Shown here one piece after another: positions 21,573 to 34,670 of a DNA stretch of 64,000 nucleotides. The position numbers and the translations under genes are program-made. Source of the DNA: Balanoglossus misakiensis (Eukaryota > Animalia > Hemichordata); assembly GCA_040954595.2 (NCBI GenBank), contig CM082577.2, forward strand, positions 14,949,903 through 15,013,902, read 5' to 3'. Each line of letters starts with the position of its first letter. The stretch's first letter is position 1. The notes beneath the pieces are model-generated. The model saw nothing but the letters and a program-made list of their open reading frames with translations. It did not search any database and was not told the DNA's origin.

Positions 21573-24293
21573 CTAAATGACAAAAAGGAGCTTATTCCAA
21601 ATGCTCAAAGTTTCAGAATTAAAATACAATATATCATGCACTTGCCGCACAATGACATTTTGGCAGTTCAAGAGTCTTTGTTTAAGACTAAAAATTTGCC
21701 TTCTATGCAGGGCATCGAATGTATCGATTCTGTTCGTCACAAACATAGAGCTCGCACTACTTCGTCTTTCATATCCCAATAGGATACGAGCAGCGTTGTT
21801 GTATGCAATTTTCAATTTCCTCATTGTGCTGACAGTGAATTTTACCCACATTGGGCTTCCATACATTTGATAACAATATGTTTTGAAGAGAATACTCTTA
21901 ATGTCAAAAGTACATCTGAAAAAATTTCTCTTAAGCATATTAGCTGACACATAAAAACATCGCATCTGTCGCTCAATATCATCATCATCATGGAGATGAT
22001 CGTTGAGGATGAAACCCAGATGCTTTTTCTTTGTTACAAATGCTAGTTTAACTCCATTAAGATAAACAGAAGGAATGCGACGAATCATAGAAGAATCCGA
22101 TTTGATACACATACAGTTAGTCTTTTTGTCATTAAATAAAATATCATGAGTATTACCATAGTCGCCACAGATATCGACCAACTTCTGAGTCCCCTTGACC
22201 GAAGGACTAATAAGACATATATCATCGGCATACATTAAATGGTTGATAAAATATCCTCCAATATTACAGCCTGTTTTGGAGTTTGACAACATCATACTCA
22301 ACTGATCAACATAAATATTAAAAAACTTAGGTGACAAGATTCCACCTTGTTTGACACCATTAGAGACAGTGAATCCAGCAGAGGTACATGAACCCCAGCG
22401 AATGAAAATCTGCTGAGTACGATACCAACTCAAAAGAAATCGCACAAAATAAGCTGGAACTTTGCGATCTATTAGTTTCTTGAATAAAACCCAATGGTTC
22501 ACTCTGTCGAATGCTTTTGAAGCATCCATGAAGGTGATAATTACATTACTGCCATGCTTTCTATAGAAATTGATTACTTCTTTAAGAACAAATACGCACA
22601 TATCAGTGGAATGGCCAGATTTGAAACCAAACTGATAATGTGACGTCTCAAGAAAACAATCAATATGTCTAAGTAAAATTAACTCAATGAGCTTTGAAGC
22701 AACTGTAGACAGTGCAATCGGACGGTAATTACTTTTGTCATTAACATTGTTGTTTTTGTCCTTTACTATGGGAACTAAAACAGTATCAGAAAGTCTACTC
22801 GGGCAAGAACCATGTACAAACATTGCTGTAAAACACATACTAAGTAAGGTAGAGATATTAGTACTGGCATACATAAAATGCTCCGCTGAAAGAAAGTCTG
22901 AGCCAGCAGCTTTCCCAGTCTGTAATTTAGAAATGGCATCACACACGTCACCGGGTAAAACAGTAACACTATTATCAAAGGTACATTTCTCAACAGCTTC
23001 CAAGACAAATTTCTTATCATCAGTCGTGTTCACAGAGTTATAGATTTCTTGGTAATGTTTACACCACATATCAGTAACATTAGCTTCACCAGTACAACCA
23101 CCTACATTGTTTGGCCTGGAAGAACACTTTTTGTTATTGACAGAATGCCAAAATTTCTTGTGGTTACCTTCACAGAGGTTTTTGGCCATAGCATCAGCTT
23201 TCATTTGCTCTTCATTAATTCGACACGCCCGCAACGCATACTTGAAACGAGCATGAGTACGACGTTTAAAATCATACAATGGTCCATTCTTGGGTTTACC
23301 AGACTCACGCCATAATTTAAATGCGTCACGGGCAATTGCATGGATCTCTTTTAAATGGTCATTCCACCCAGCAACTGCACAACTTTTTCCACTATCATTG
23401 GCATGGCTAATTCGAGTGCCAGCACAATGTAAACAATCAATGATATTACCATAGAAGTCAGCAATACTATCAACATGATTCTTGTCTTTACAGTGAATGT
23501 CTTTACAGCATAATGAATCAGTAGGAATATTAATATCTGCAAGAAGTCTATCCGTGTCATCAGTGTACATATTACATCGTTTGTTACTGACATTAGACCA
23601 ATTTAAATTAAATCCTGTATTACTATAGGAAGTATCAGATCTACTAGAGTCACACGATGGTAAAAAATCGACATTACATGTAATGGAAAGTGGAAAATGA
23701 TCTGATAAGATCATGTCATACAAAATTTCCATTGACTGTATACAATGGTGAGAACTATATGTACAAATACAATGGTCTAACCATGAAGTAGAGCCATGCA
23801 TGTCGCTAACATATGTAAATGAATCATCAGGCAAAAAGACTTGGTCAGAGATAAAGTAATTATAGTCATTACAGAAACATTGTAATGTCGAGCCAAATAA
23901 GGAATTCTGATCTGAATTCCAATCACCAATAATCATACTACAATAAGAGTCACTGGATTGAACAATTGAATGAATTTTTGCTAAGTAATCAGAAAATTCA
24001 TCACAGTTTTCACTACTACACGTCGGTAAATATACACAAAGGATTAACAGTTTACACTTGATGTAATCAATCTCAATCCCAATAATTCTGTTGTCATTAA
24101 AAGACCTTACTTTGACAGCGTGACCAATTGACTTACGCCACAGAATAGCGACGCCCCCATATGGTCTACCAATAATTAGTTTTTCACTAGGATCAACAGG
24201 GGACTCACCATAGAAATCAAAGTCTTTATAATATGGATGGTAGATAAAAAAGAAATATTGTCTCGAGTTAGCCAATGTTCTTGTAGTAAACAA
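21573..24293 (-). CDS. LINE ORF2 (AP endonuclease plus reverse transcriptase), N-terminus damaged
   Basis: GRPYGGVAILW, IIGDWN, SWLDH, SDHFP, NYRPIAL, QFGFK, DASKAFDRV, GVKQGGILSP, YADD; open for ~890 codons. Confidence 0.9.
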   Translation of the reverse strand: MFTTRTLANSRQYFFFIYHPYYKDFDFYGESPVDPSEKLIIGRPYGGVAILWRKSIGHAVKVRSFNDNRIIGIEIDYIKCKLLILCVYLPTCSSENCDEFSDYLAKIHSIVQSSDSYCSMIIGDWNSDQNSLFGSTLQCFCNDYNYFISDQVFLPDDSFTYVSDMHGSTSWLDHCICTYSSHHCIQSMEILYDMILSDHFPLSITCNVDFLPSCDSSRSDTSYSNTGFNLNWSNVSNKRCNMYTDDTDRLLADINIPTDSLCCKDIHCKDKNHVDSIADFYGNIIDCLHCAGTRISHANDSGKSCAVAGWNDHLKEIHAIARDAFKLWRESGKPKNGPLYDFKRRTHARFKYALRACRINEEQMKADAMAKNLCEGNHKKFWHSVNNKKCSSRPNNVGGCTGEANVTDMWCKHYQEIYNSVNTTDDKKFVLEAVEKCTFDNSVTVLPGDVCDAISKLQTGKAAGSDFLSAEHFMYASTNISTLLSMCFTAMFVHGSCPSRLSDTVLVPIVKDKNNNVNDKSNYRPIALSTVASKLIELILLRHIDCFLETSHYQFGFKSGHSTDMCVFVLKEVINFYRKHGSNVIITFMDASKAFDRVNHWVLFKKLIDRKVPAYFVRFLLSWYRTQQIFIRWGSCTSAGFTVSNGVKQGGILSPKFFNIYVDQLSMMLSNSKTGCNIGGYFINHLMYADDICLISPSVKGTQKLVDICGDYGNTHDILFNDKKTNCMCIKSDSSMIRRIPSVYLNGVKLAFVTKKKHLGFILNDHLHDDDDIERQMRCFYVSANMLKRNFFRCTFDIKSILFKTYCYQMYGSPMWVKFTVSTMRKLKIAYNNAARILLGYERRSSASSMFVTNRIDTFDALHRRQIFSLKQRLLNCQNVIVRQVHDILYFNSETLSIWNKLLFVI

Positions 24294-24661
24294 ATGTCAT
24301 GAGTTTCAATGTCCCGTTCATCGAATGTGTCTACACACAATTTAACAACAGCGTCAAACGGCAGTGTGTCCATTTTGTTCAGTACGAAGCAGAGTAGTTC
24401 ATTGATTACTACATTACCATCAGAATTAGCCGACTCGTACAAGGACTGCTGTGTGCCAGAACTGTCCAAAGCATGTCGCTTGTTCACACCGCTAGAACTT
24501 GAGTCGTAACACATGTCCACACCGCCATTGTCCACCAACACTTCGGCGCCCACCACTCGATCAGGATGAAATCGCTTTTTGTTGCATGACGGACATAAAT
24601 CCAAATCGCCCTGACATCCACGGACACCTTGGGTTGTACCACAATCATTACACTGCAGCAT
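24176..24661 (-). pseudogene. LINE ORF1 N-terminus fused in frame to the endonuclease motif DICLLQEHWL
   Basis: CxxC...CxxC, then VINELLCFVLNK..LC..F, runs directly into THDICLLQEHWL near 24303, implying deletion of most of ORF1 and the start of ORF2. Confidence 0.65.
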
Positions 24662-27600
24662 TATGGTTGCGGACGCAAAAAATCAGGAGAAAAATTGCCC
24701 CGAAAATGTGTAGCAGAGAGAGCTCCACTACGCAGCACGCAGCTACAGTTGCTGAACTCTAGTTTGGTGGATTTCCAATCACTCACATACTCAGAATTCA
24801 CACAAACATCTGATCTCCCTCCTGTGCACTTGTCACAGTAACATGAGAGTTCCCTGGTTTTGATTTCCATCGGTTGTCCAGTACCTACAACACAATGCAG
24901 TTTTTTTGTCCCCTTTAATGTTTTTGCTTGCCTGCTCGGGCTGTCCCTCTGAATATCAGCCTTTGGTACGTAGATAAATGAGCGTTTAGAAACTTCTCCA
25001 CGCTTACCATCTCCTGGATATGTCACTTTACTACCATCTTTTTCCATAGTCTTGGAACAGAACTGGTATAATTCTACTGCATTGCGTATAATAGCTTGAC
25101 GGCGCAGAACAGCTCTACTTGCTGTGTACTTGGTAACAGCTCCTACTCCATCACACACCTTTGCCGTGGGAAGTTTCATAGTAGTTCCTCTGTATTGTAG
25201 CACCATGGTCTTGCTGTGAATATGATATGTCAGCAAATGACACCCTTGCTTTGTACTAGGCTGCTGCACCATCCGTAAATTGGTGGATATGTTTGATGGG
25301 CACACCACCTTTATCCAATTCTGACAGAACTTTCTGGGTAAAGACATGCACAGCATCTTTGTCATTCTTCAAATCATCAGAGATGCATACAAAGGCATGC
25401 TTTACAAGGACGCTTTCAGAGGTTTCGTCATCATAGATCTATTTCATATCCATCAAGTAATAACACATGATTGGGTGAACTGTCACTGCTTGCTGTTCCC
25501 AATATGAACTCTGAACTTCATCTTGTGATCGACAGAAATAGTTTTCTGCAAAATCCAATACCATAAAAAGGTCACCCGTTTTCAGAGATGTGAGGCACTT
25601 TTGCTGTTGTGTGTGCTAGCTGCCAAGATGCACAAAACCTATGGGATGGGAAGGATACTAAATCCGCCTTCAATGCTGTCATGAATTCCGAAACAGTTGA
25701 TGTGTTAATGCACTTCAACAACATTTTTGTCTTCGTCTGACCCTCACCAATCTCGACCGTTCCATATTCCCATTTTCTCCACAGTATTTTCATATCCTTC
25801 AGTTCTTGTAACTCCTTGAAGTGAACATCAAGCATATCAGGACCCCATTTTGCACAGTTGCGTTTTAAACATTCTGCCTTTGGGTACAACTCACTGTACT
25901 GACTCAGACTCCCAGACTTCACTAGCTGCACCAGGTTTTCTATGGCATGCTGGTGTTTCTCAGCAACTTCTCCGCCATAGTTTGGTAGTGGCAGGATGAA
26001 TGATTTAAGAGCCTCTGTCTTCTGTGTTATATTACAGCACACATTGCACAGACAAGTCACTCTTGATGATTCTGAGACATGTTTTACATTTTGAGGGCGC
26101 ATCTTTTCAAATGCTCGCTGGCTGATTTTTAGGTGTGGATATTTTTCTCTGAACATGTTGTATGCTTCTTTTTGTGTTACCTGTAGTAAATGTTTCTGCA
26201 ACACTACCTTTTCACCACTTTCAGTTTTAATTTTGCTGACATCCCTTTTGTTTGGAAGTTCGCGGCTTACTTCATCTGTGAGATAGAAGTCTTTCACGAT
26301 TAACTTCAGGGCATTTGAATGTGCATCCTAGCGCTTTTTTCTGGCTTCCTGTTTCCACCATTTCGACACTGTTACATTTGTCTTCATCTTCATACTTATA
26401 CCAAGGTTCTTCTTTATGATGGTCTTCATTCTGTATTATTTAGCAACTCCAGCTGCAGTAACCTATGCTATGGATTTATATGATTGAGTCATGTGTCTAT
26501 CTTTGCAATGTTTTACTTGTTTAATTCCATGTGACAAACTTTCCTCAAGAGCTGTCAGCAACTTCAGCTTTTTTCTCACACCTTCATTCACAATGACATC
26601 TTTCTTCTCCAGAATTTTCTGTGTTCTTGGTGAACTGTATGCCAGCCTTTCAAGGACCTTTGCTCATTTTGTTGGTGACTTTGGCATCACTTTTTTGACT
26701 TTGTGAGTATGGCGACGTTCTGACCGGTCACTCTGGAATGGAGAACGTGTTTCACTCCTCTCTGACTCTATTTTTTTTTTCCACATCTTTACATACATGA
26801 TTTTCTTCTGTCGCTGAAGATTTTGTCTTTGTTTTCCTATCCTCTTTATCATACGTGCCTACCTATAAAACAGTACGATTTGCGAAAATGCGCTGAGAAA
26901 CCATTTGAACCGGGCACCCTGGCCCTGGGATCACGGCAGTAGTCATGTTGTGACGTATGATGTGTGGGCCGTAGTATCATTTTAAGGGGGTTGGCAGCTT
27001 TCATTACGATGGCTTCCCTTCAATTTTGGGATATAAACTTTTGGGTTTAAATTAAATCATGTCAAAAGAACTACAACACATTTCATGTGTATAGATGAGT
27101 GAACTACAAAGGTTGCTTTATTAACTGCAAAGAAATTGCTTGTATGGCTTACAAAATTAGTTCACACACGTCAGAATGATGCATACTTAAATGAAAGCAA
27201 AGTGATTTGAAAGATTTCAATTCTTTTTAGTAATTGAAAAGCAATTATTTTAGTTTTTCATCAATCAAAGGACACATTATATTAAGGCTACTACGGATGT
27301 GACGTTGCGGAAACATAATCTTCATCATTTTTCCAGAAACAAATTAGCTCACTCACCTTTTGGGCCTTGCTCTGAGTGCACACTCTTTCAGTGGTGACAC
27401 CACACAGCAGAATGACTTGAAGGGTCTGGGTATTTAAATACTGGACCCCATACCTCGGATGTGACACAATGTTGCGGACATTCAGGGCTGATCTTTTGAA
27501 TGTCAGTGAAAATTTTAAACAGGGTATCTGTATCTCATATACATGTGCAATAACAAAGGTATGATACTATTATTTAAAAAACATTGTAGCAATAATACCC

Positions 27601-29322
27601 CAGGTTTCTATTGCAGAATGGCAGCCCAGTAAATGTATGACATCATTTTTTACCCTTATTTGGTAACACGGCTGTACTTATGTACATAATACAGGACACA
27701 ATCAACACTCATCAATGATGCAGTAGTGCTCAAGAGATTCCATGAAGGTGTAGGAAATAAAATATCTCTACAAATTGTTCCAACAGAAGGTTACAAAGAC
27801 AAAATTAATGTTTACATTATGGCCCTTTTTAAATTTGGCCACCGGTAACGCAGAAAATCAGCAAAATTATGACCATTTTTTTAAATAAAAAAAAATGACT
27901 TTGTCAAATGAACCAAAAGTTATCTATGTTTTGAAACATGCTGAAATTGATAAAATACTGGTAAAATACACCACATATATCCACAAATTAAGCAGAGGTA
28001 GGTTGGTAACACTGTTCCTTAAAAATAGGTACCCTTAAAGCTTGCTTTTGCCGATATGCAAATAAGGTACAGGGGTTTTATGTTCATGCTGCCATATATA
28101 ATTACCGGTATATGTATCGAACAAATCCTGATCACTAAAATAAATAATATCTTTGGAGAGATTGCATGACAAAATCTCACATGCCTCAAGCTTTCATGTG
28201 TGCAGTTCAAGATGTCAGGCCCTCTAGATTACTTTAAATAATCTAGGAAGTTCAATCAAGTTCAGATGTCCAAATTACAGACATTGGCCTACTACTTTGG
28301 ATGCAATTGTCAATGATCATGACCATGAACAATAAATTTCACACTCAAATCATATTTAATGAAAGGTAAATGAGTAGAACTTATTAATCATGATTGTAGT
28401 TACTAGTAATTCATTTTATTCCTAGTTTACAAATACCCCCCAATTGCTTTCATTTTGTCCCTAATTCTCTTGACTGTGCGTAAAGCTACTGTTTTTAAAA
28501 AGTTGACTTTGAGCGCTGGTGAGATGACAATGTTTTCCCAGAAATGTTGGCTAGTACTGCCAGCAGTACCCACAAGTTTCATGTTTATGAGTGTCTAATT
28601 GTTTTTATAAGAACAAACAGGAGGGGGTAAGGGAGGGGTCAGTGACTTGAAGTGGTAGAAGTCACATGACATTTCACCTCAGACAATCTTTGAGATTTGA
28701 CAGCTGATTTACTGTAACTCTTGGCGTTTTGTCTTGTGCAAAATCTACCTTGTAACTTATCTAACTTTGCGCTTTTGCTAGGTTTTGATGTGGAGTCCAC
28801 TACCATCTGAATGTTTGTCAATGGTCTCTGCAGAATGAGGGAGAATGGGTAACGAATGCACATACCACCAACCCCTTCTCCACACATACAATTAGCCTCA
28901 ACATACCTCAGAGTCATTTAGACTAGCAACGGTCTTTGATCAGTTTTAACATACCTGTAATCAGTCCCATGCATCTCACATATAAACATGGCACTCATTG
29001 ATCATGAGAAGAATAATTCCATGTGATGTTGGCTTGCTAGGGCTAGTTTTCTTAGCAAATCCCACTATTAGCAGCTTTTAATTGATAAATTTCCCCCTCC
29101 TACTCTTTAGTCCACAAACGACACCATTTTGAATTGCGCATTCCATGATTGTGTACTCTTGCAATTGGGTTGAATACACCAGTGTCACTATTTACCTGTT
29201 TTATAGACAAATATGTGGCAACAATGACAGCTTGTTTCAATGGTGGAAGAGGAGAAAGACTCTGCAACCCTGTTGCACTAGAGGTTTTCTGAAAATATCC
29301 AGATTTCAAGACAAGAAATTAA

Positions 29323-29507
29323 AGGTATACAGTCACCTCCAATTTACATATGCCGATTATATGGCTGAAATGGCATATTGAAGCGTTTAAAGAACATATT
29401 GTGGTGCTCTTTTTTTCGCGTGTGCCACCCACTGAAAATCTGTGATTGGCTGGATCTCAATTTGCCATTGCGACTATAGTTAATTTACCAAATGTGACTG
29501 TATACCT
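29323..29507. mobile_element. Small TTAA MITE
   Basis: TIRs AGGTATACAGTCAC / GTGACTGTATACCT; flanks TTAA and TCAA. Confidence 0.65.
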
Positions 29508-30339
29508 TCAAGTTCAACTTAGAAGTGAAGAAACCACAGGATTGATGTTGCTTTTTTCATGATTTTTAGTTGTTTTATATAGTTCAAGAATTTTGTCACT
29601 TATTTGTGTCAGAATAGATAATAGAGGGGAGAAGAAAACCACATGTTTGTTGTTGCTGTTTGTTTAGTTTTTTTTTTATTGTCAATGAATTTTAGGATTT
29701 ATTTTTATCATAATACAATGTAGATTGTAATTCAAAAGAGAGAGAGCAAGTTATTAGTTCAGTACCATATGCCTCAGCATAATTTAGTTTCAGTACACCA
29801 GAAAGTCTCCAAGTTCTACTGTATTTCTAATAATTTACCACATTTTGGCCTCATTCAAATTTTCTGCAATCATGTTTATGTTTGTAAGTTAAAGCAACAT
29901 TATCCATTCTAAGAGAATTATTTGAATGAGTGTCAATAATGTCACTTGACAAGTTTGTTAATACTGTATCAAATAATTCAGTAAGTCAGCCTGAAGATCA
30001 GTACATTTTTTTAACCCATAGCCCGTTTGCAACAAGTGAATTATACAGCGCAGAGCAGAGCAGTATTGCGTATTTTTTCATTGTCACGTCTCATGTGAGT
30101 CCACTTATCTTCAGGAGAATGCCATTTCAGCCAGACATGTGTGTAATAGCAATATTAACATATTAACATGCACGGTCACTTACTGTAATAACTAAAATAG
30201 GCTGGAATGGCACAAGCAACTGCTGGAGAAGTTTACTTCTAGTGATAAGTTTTCACTTTCTGCAATGCCAATTTTGGTATTTGAAGTGAAATGTATTGTA
30301 TGTATTGTATATTGTATCTATATATGTGCATATGCATGC

Positions 30340-30660
30340 ATGTCATGCCTGTATGTCCATCCACATCAGAAACTTGAAAACCAACCAGTCATATCACCTT
30401 GATATTTGGTGTGCAGATGCAGGCCCGGCTGTAGAAGGGATTTTTTTATTTTTCAAATTGAGTTGTCATTGCCCAAATTATGGAAATCAGGTGGAAAATT
30501 ATGAAATTGGTCAAAACTCAACAATGACTACTTAAGGAAAATTGCTTTGAAAATTGGCATACATGTAGCATATGTGAATCACATACAGTCCTGAATGTTC
30601 TGAGGTGATTTCATGATTTTTTTTGTCTTTTTTCACATTATTGGATTTCTCATCAGAAGC
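30340..30660 (+). mobile_element. Diverged fragment of the same HINE-like family as 16690-17040
   Basis: TCCACATCAgAAACTTGAAAACC...GATATTTGGTGTG...GTTGTCATTGCC...GAAATTGGTCAAAACT is shared with 16737-16890. Confidence 0.65.
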
Positions 30661-31544
30661 ATAGGGCAAGGTATGAATTTAGGCAGAATAGTCCATTCAA
30701 TCGATTGTTGATGTAAACTTCCTTACCGCTCACCAGTTGTTATCATTGAACAGGTGGTGAAAAGCTTTCTTACCCCTTAGTTTGTTTTCTGTGCAAGACA
30801 TGTACTATCCTATCATGTACCATGACTCTTTATTGAATAGGCAGGTCATAAATACATATTAAATTTAACATATTAAATATGACTTCTATCAAACCAATAC
30901 TACAAGGGCTTGTGTCTGAAGCCCTTGTACCAGTGTTACTGTGATTAAATTTACTTTCCCTTCTTGCTAAGTGGATAACATGACACTAAAGTGCCATACA
31001 AAATGGAGTCCTGCATCACAAATGCCCAAACTGATTGTGATGTATGGTACATTGTTAGTACACATCTTCCCATAGTTGATCCAGCATGAACTCATTTTGC
31101 AAGAAACTTTGTGGTTATGACCTGAAACCATACAAAAGTGGTGATCTGGTCGGGGGTAAGAGAAGTCCTCTAATGGGGTCAGAAATGAGTAGGTACTAAG
31201 ATATGGAGTCGGTAACCTATTCAGACAAATGAAGTTTCAGTGGCCTAGCTGTCATACCAGTACATCCCCAAGTTAAAGGCCAGAGTCTTAATGGGACATC
31301 ATGACGGCTACCTTCATGTCATTTCCATATCGCATGTTTCTGGTCGATAAACATCCCAGTGTTTGAACTGTTCAAGATGAACCACGCATCCAAACTAAAA
31401 TTTTACGATTAGCATATACTCTCTCCAGTCAAAACTAGTTCAAATTAAAAGAAATATATAAATTTTGAGCCAACTTCAAACATACCCCTAGTCATGTCCT
31501 CTTCCCAATTTGAACATTTTGCTAGACTTTGCTAAAGAAAAGGG

Positions 31545-31735
31545 ACATAATATCAAAAAAAAGTTTTTTTTAACCCAAAAATGCCACCATTTCCAGGGAT
31601 CAATAATATATGCAACGCGAACAAAAGTTCAAAAACTCAGCTTCCAGAATATATATGGTGTATGGGGGTTTTAAAGTTGTCTTTGATGAGAAATAGGCCT
31701 CTGAAAAAGTCTCGACGGTTTCATGCAATGCCACC
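31545..31735 (-). mobile_element. Truncated inverted copy of the left end of the 498-1230 MITE
   Basis: Reverse complement of 498-690, with terminal TTAA at 31736-31739. Confidence 0.8.
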
Positions 31736-32185
31736 TTAATGTCCTTGGGTGATCTAAATGTAAGGGTTCTCAACAACAAGAGACGTATGAAGAGATTGAA
31801 AGCCCCATGAGCGACACATTCTAAACCATTAAGCTATATTGCTTGTATCAAATTGTCGACTCTCAGCGATGCATACCAAGATACTTCTGTACTTTTTTGT
31901 ATGGAGGCCGATTAAACAGGTGTGGCATATGTTTGATACCCTATACCCCTTCTTGAAATTGCAAAATACAGTCACAATTGGACATCGATGAGATGTTCAT
32001 GTCTGTCAGTAAGGTAATTTAAATGATGAATCCCAGTTGAAAAGTAAAATCATAAAAAATAAACCAAAAAGTGGTAGCTCTTGGGCTTTTAAAGACTGTG
32101 TATTATAGAATCAAACATTTTGAGATCTTTTATTTGGCAAACAGACTCAGTATTGGTGAATGCTGTGTTGATTCTAAAGCATAGT

Positions 32186-32622
32186 GGTGGATTCACAAGA
32201 GAGGTCACCCTGTTTTGGAATTAGGTGATGGTGGTCACCTTGGGGGGGGGGGTGTCACCCACTTTTCCATGTGGTCACCTGGGAGTCACCCTTATTTTCC
32301 ATATTCGATGAGGGGGGGGGGGGTTAATCACTTTTTGACGGTTACAGTATTGCAGAATGCGGTGTTGCTTCTATCGCATAGTGCATGTATCATCACAATC
32401 AATGTTAGGAACTGGTCAGTCTGTTCGGCCTGGGGTGGTGGATTCGTAGGAGAGGTCACCTTGTTTTGGAATTGGGTGATGGCGGTCACTGAGGGGTCAC
32501 CCTTATGTTCCATGTTCAATGAGGGGGGGGGGGTCAGTCACTTTTTTACCGTTACAATTTACAGTATTACATAATGCCGTGTTGCTTCTACCGCATACCG
32601 ATAGTGTGTGTATCATGACAAT
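32186..32622 (+). repeat. Two-copy tandem duplication, period ~250 bp
   Basis: GGTGGATTC..GAGAGGTCACC.TGTTTTGGAATT.GGTGATGG at ~32186 and ~32437. Confidence 0.7.
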
Positions 32623-34670
32623 AATCTTTACTGTGCCGGCCCTGATAGGGATTTGCGGCCCGAGGTCGTACGGCGGAAGCGCCTATCGGAGACGAACTCT
32701 GTTGATAAAACTCTGACCATGAGTCATTTTGCTGATCACAGCTCGGATACTTTGAGCCAATCAGAGCAGAGTATTTTAGCCCAATCAGAGGCCCAGTAAT
32801 CATCCAATGGCGTATCTTTTATTCCTGCCAAAACAAAATTTGTTAAGTTGTACAGCTGCGTCTCGCTCCTGTAATTTCCCCTGCCATCCCTTCAGAACCT
32901 TGCTCATAATTCACCCCAGACGTATAGTACGTCACAGCGCCCGACCGCCTTACGACCGAGGTTGGTAGTGCAACATCGAGCTGTAGCCATAAACAAATGA
33001 TGAACTATCGCTGATTATTTATGAAATCTCCTAACTATAGTCGTCATGTTCGCTCTCGAAATCATGCCACCAGTCGGGAAAAATGACGTACTTCACGTAA
33101 AGTTTATAAAAGAATAAACAAATTTCCACTGCAATGTATCCCAAAACCATTAATGTGACAGGATTTTAAAAATAACGATAATTTCGGCATACAAAAAACA
33201 TGTCACAATTCCCTACATTTGATTTTAATCAGATTGGGTGAGCTGTGACTTCCCGTTTTATCAGATAAAATTGATAATATCGTTTAACTTATAATTTAGA
33301 GTCTAATATTAGACTGGGGAGGTCTTGCCGTTTTATCGAATAACATCATATAAAATCGATAATATCGTCTAAATTCTAATACTACACCACAGCCCTACAC
33401 AAGGATGGCGTCCAACTCTCTGTCAGCCAATTAGCGCTTGTATGCAAACTGTCCTGGGGGTGTAAACAAAGAGAAAGACAAAGCTGACATCATGTTACTG
33501 TTCTTGTGATGAAAGTTGGTCATTCGACATTCTACGTGTACATGTATATGGGGAGGGGGAGAGCGGGTTGGAAAAGAAATGGCCGAAAATGTTTAATAGA
33601 AACAAACGTGATGAATTAAGTAACTAATTAAACGTAAAATTTCATAGTTATATATATATAGTCACTAATTACCAGGCAATGAGACTATAAAACATTGTTC
33701 TGCGAATATGAAATAAATATTCCATCATGGTTGGGTGCGAGATATGCAGTGCACCCCTTCGTGGAGTATCAAATGGTTCAATTGTTGTAACAATATATAG
33801 TGGCGTCAGAGCTTTAGCCACGCCCACATTTTATTGATTTTGCTCGGTAGGGCCCTACCGAGCGGTGGGGGTTTAAAAGCAGGCGCGGTATATAACGCAT
33901 GCTGACAGGAGAAGGGGAGAGGGCAGAGAATCACTATAGTAAACTTAGTGAACATCATATCTGTACAATGGATCGAGCCATTTTTCATTATTTTCATTTA
34001 TTCACTGAGAACTCCTGCATGGATCTTAAATAGATCACAGATAAAGTCTGTAAATAAATACAGTAGGCATGCTTTAGAATCCTACTAGCATTTATTGAAA
34101 TGATCAATGTACACTTGCAAAGAACGGACGGACTTGCGAAGAGCTCGTTTAAAACGTCGTTGTCTTACTTAGAGATAACAAATAATAACATCACTTTGAC
34201 ATCTCGGTCTGTAGACAAAAATTCAGTAACGTAGAAACATCCATTTAATATATCTATATTACGATGATGAAATAATTAATGGTCTATTTACAATAATCTC
34301 ACTGTACAAGGAGACGGAAAGTTTCATTCGTCAAATTCCAAATTCTTCGAAGAATGTAGTCAAACTCTCGGCTTGCCTATTATCTCATCAATATATACCG
34401 GTATCACAATTTCTGAATTAGTCTTAGAGTTTGACTTCAGAATTTATATTCAAAGAAACGACGAAACCAATTGATATAGTGGTCTTGTAAAATTGGGACG
34501 CTTGACTCTTATAACTTGAGCTCCAGTTGTTATATTTTGGTTCTGGTCTTAGAGCAGCCATATCTAACATGTACCCACCAGCGTTCCATCCAGAATGGCA
34601 TCAGCAGGGGGATATGTCCCCAGCTTTCCCAGAATATTTGGGAGGGGATTCAACTCTGACAATGGGGATG

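Larger units (their letters stand above)
21483..24749 (-). mobile_element. Non-LTR retrotransposon (APE-RT LINE; possibly RTE-group Proto2/RTEX-like), with internal deletion
   Basis: 3' AATAAA followed by a (TAA)n tail at 21483-21510; no clear TSD. Its removal rejoins the Sola frame (EFS-MSTVPVPE). Confidence 0.88.
20163..26852 (-). pseudogene. Sola2-like DDD transposase gene, spliced, disrupted by frameshifts, stops and a LINE
   Basis: KDFY..DEVSRELP, CLCNVC, LDFAENY..RSQDEVQSSYW..Q.TVHP (~25470-25560), CDGVGAVTK, GTKKLH, ELSCYCDKC. The frame resumes left of the LINE (21422-21482), then GT-AG exons 21099-21201 and 20163-20366 in compatible phases. Confidence 0.72.

Noticed and set aside
498-31735. 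31-kb composite transposon bounded by two inverted MITE left ends
   Set aside because: The left copy has its own right TIR at 1230 and TTAA is a generic target, so there is no evidence of joint mobilisation.
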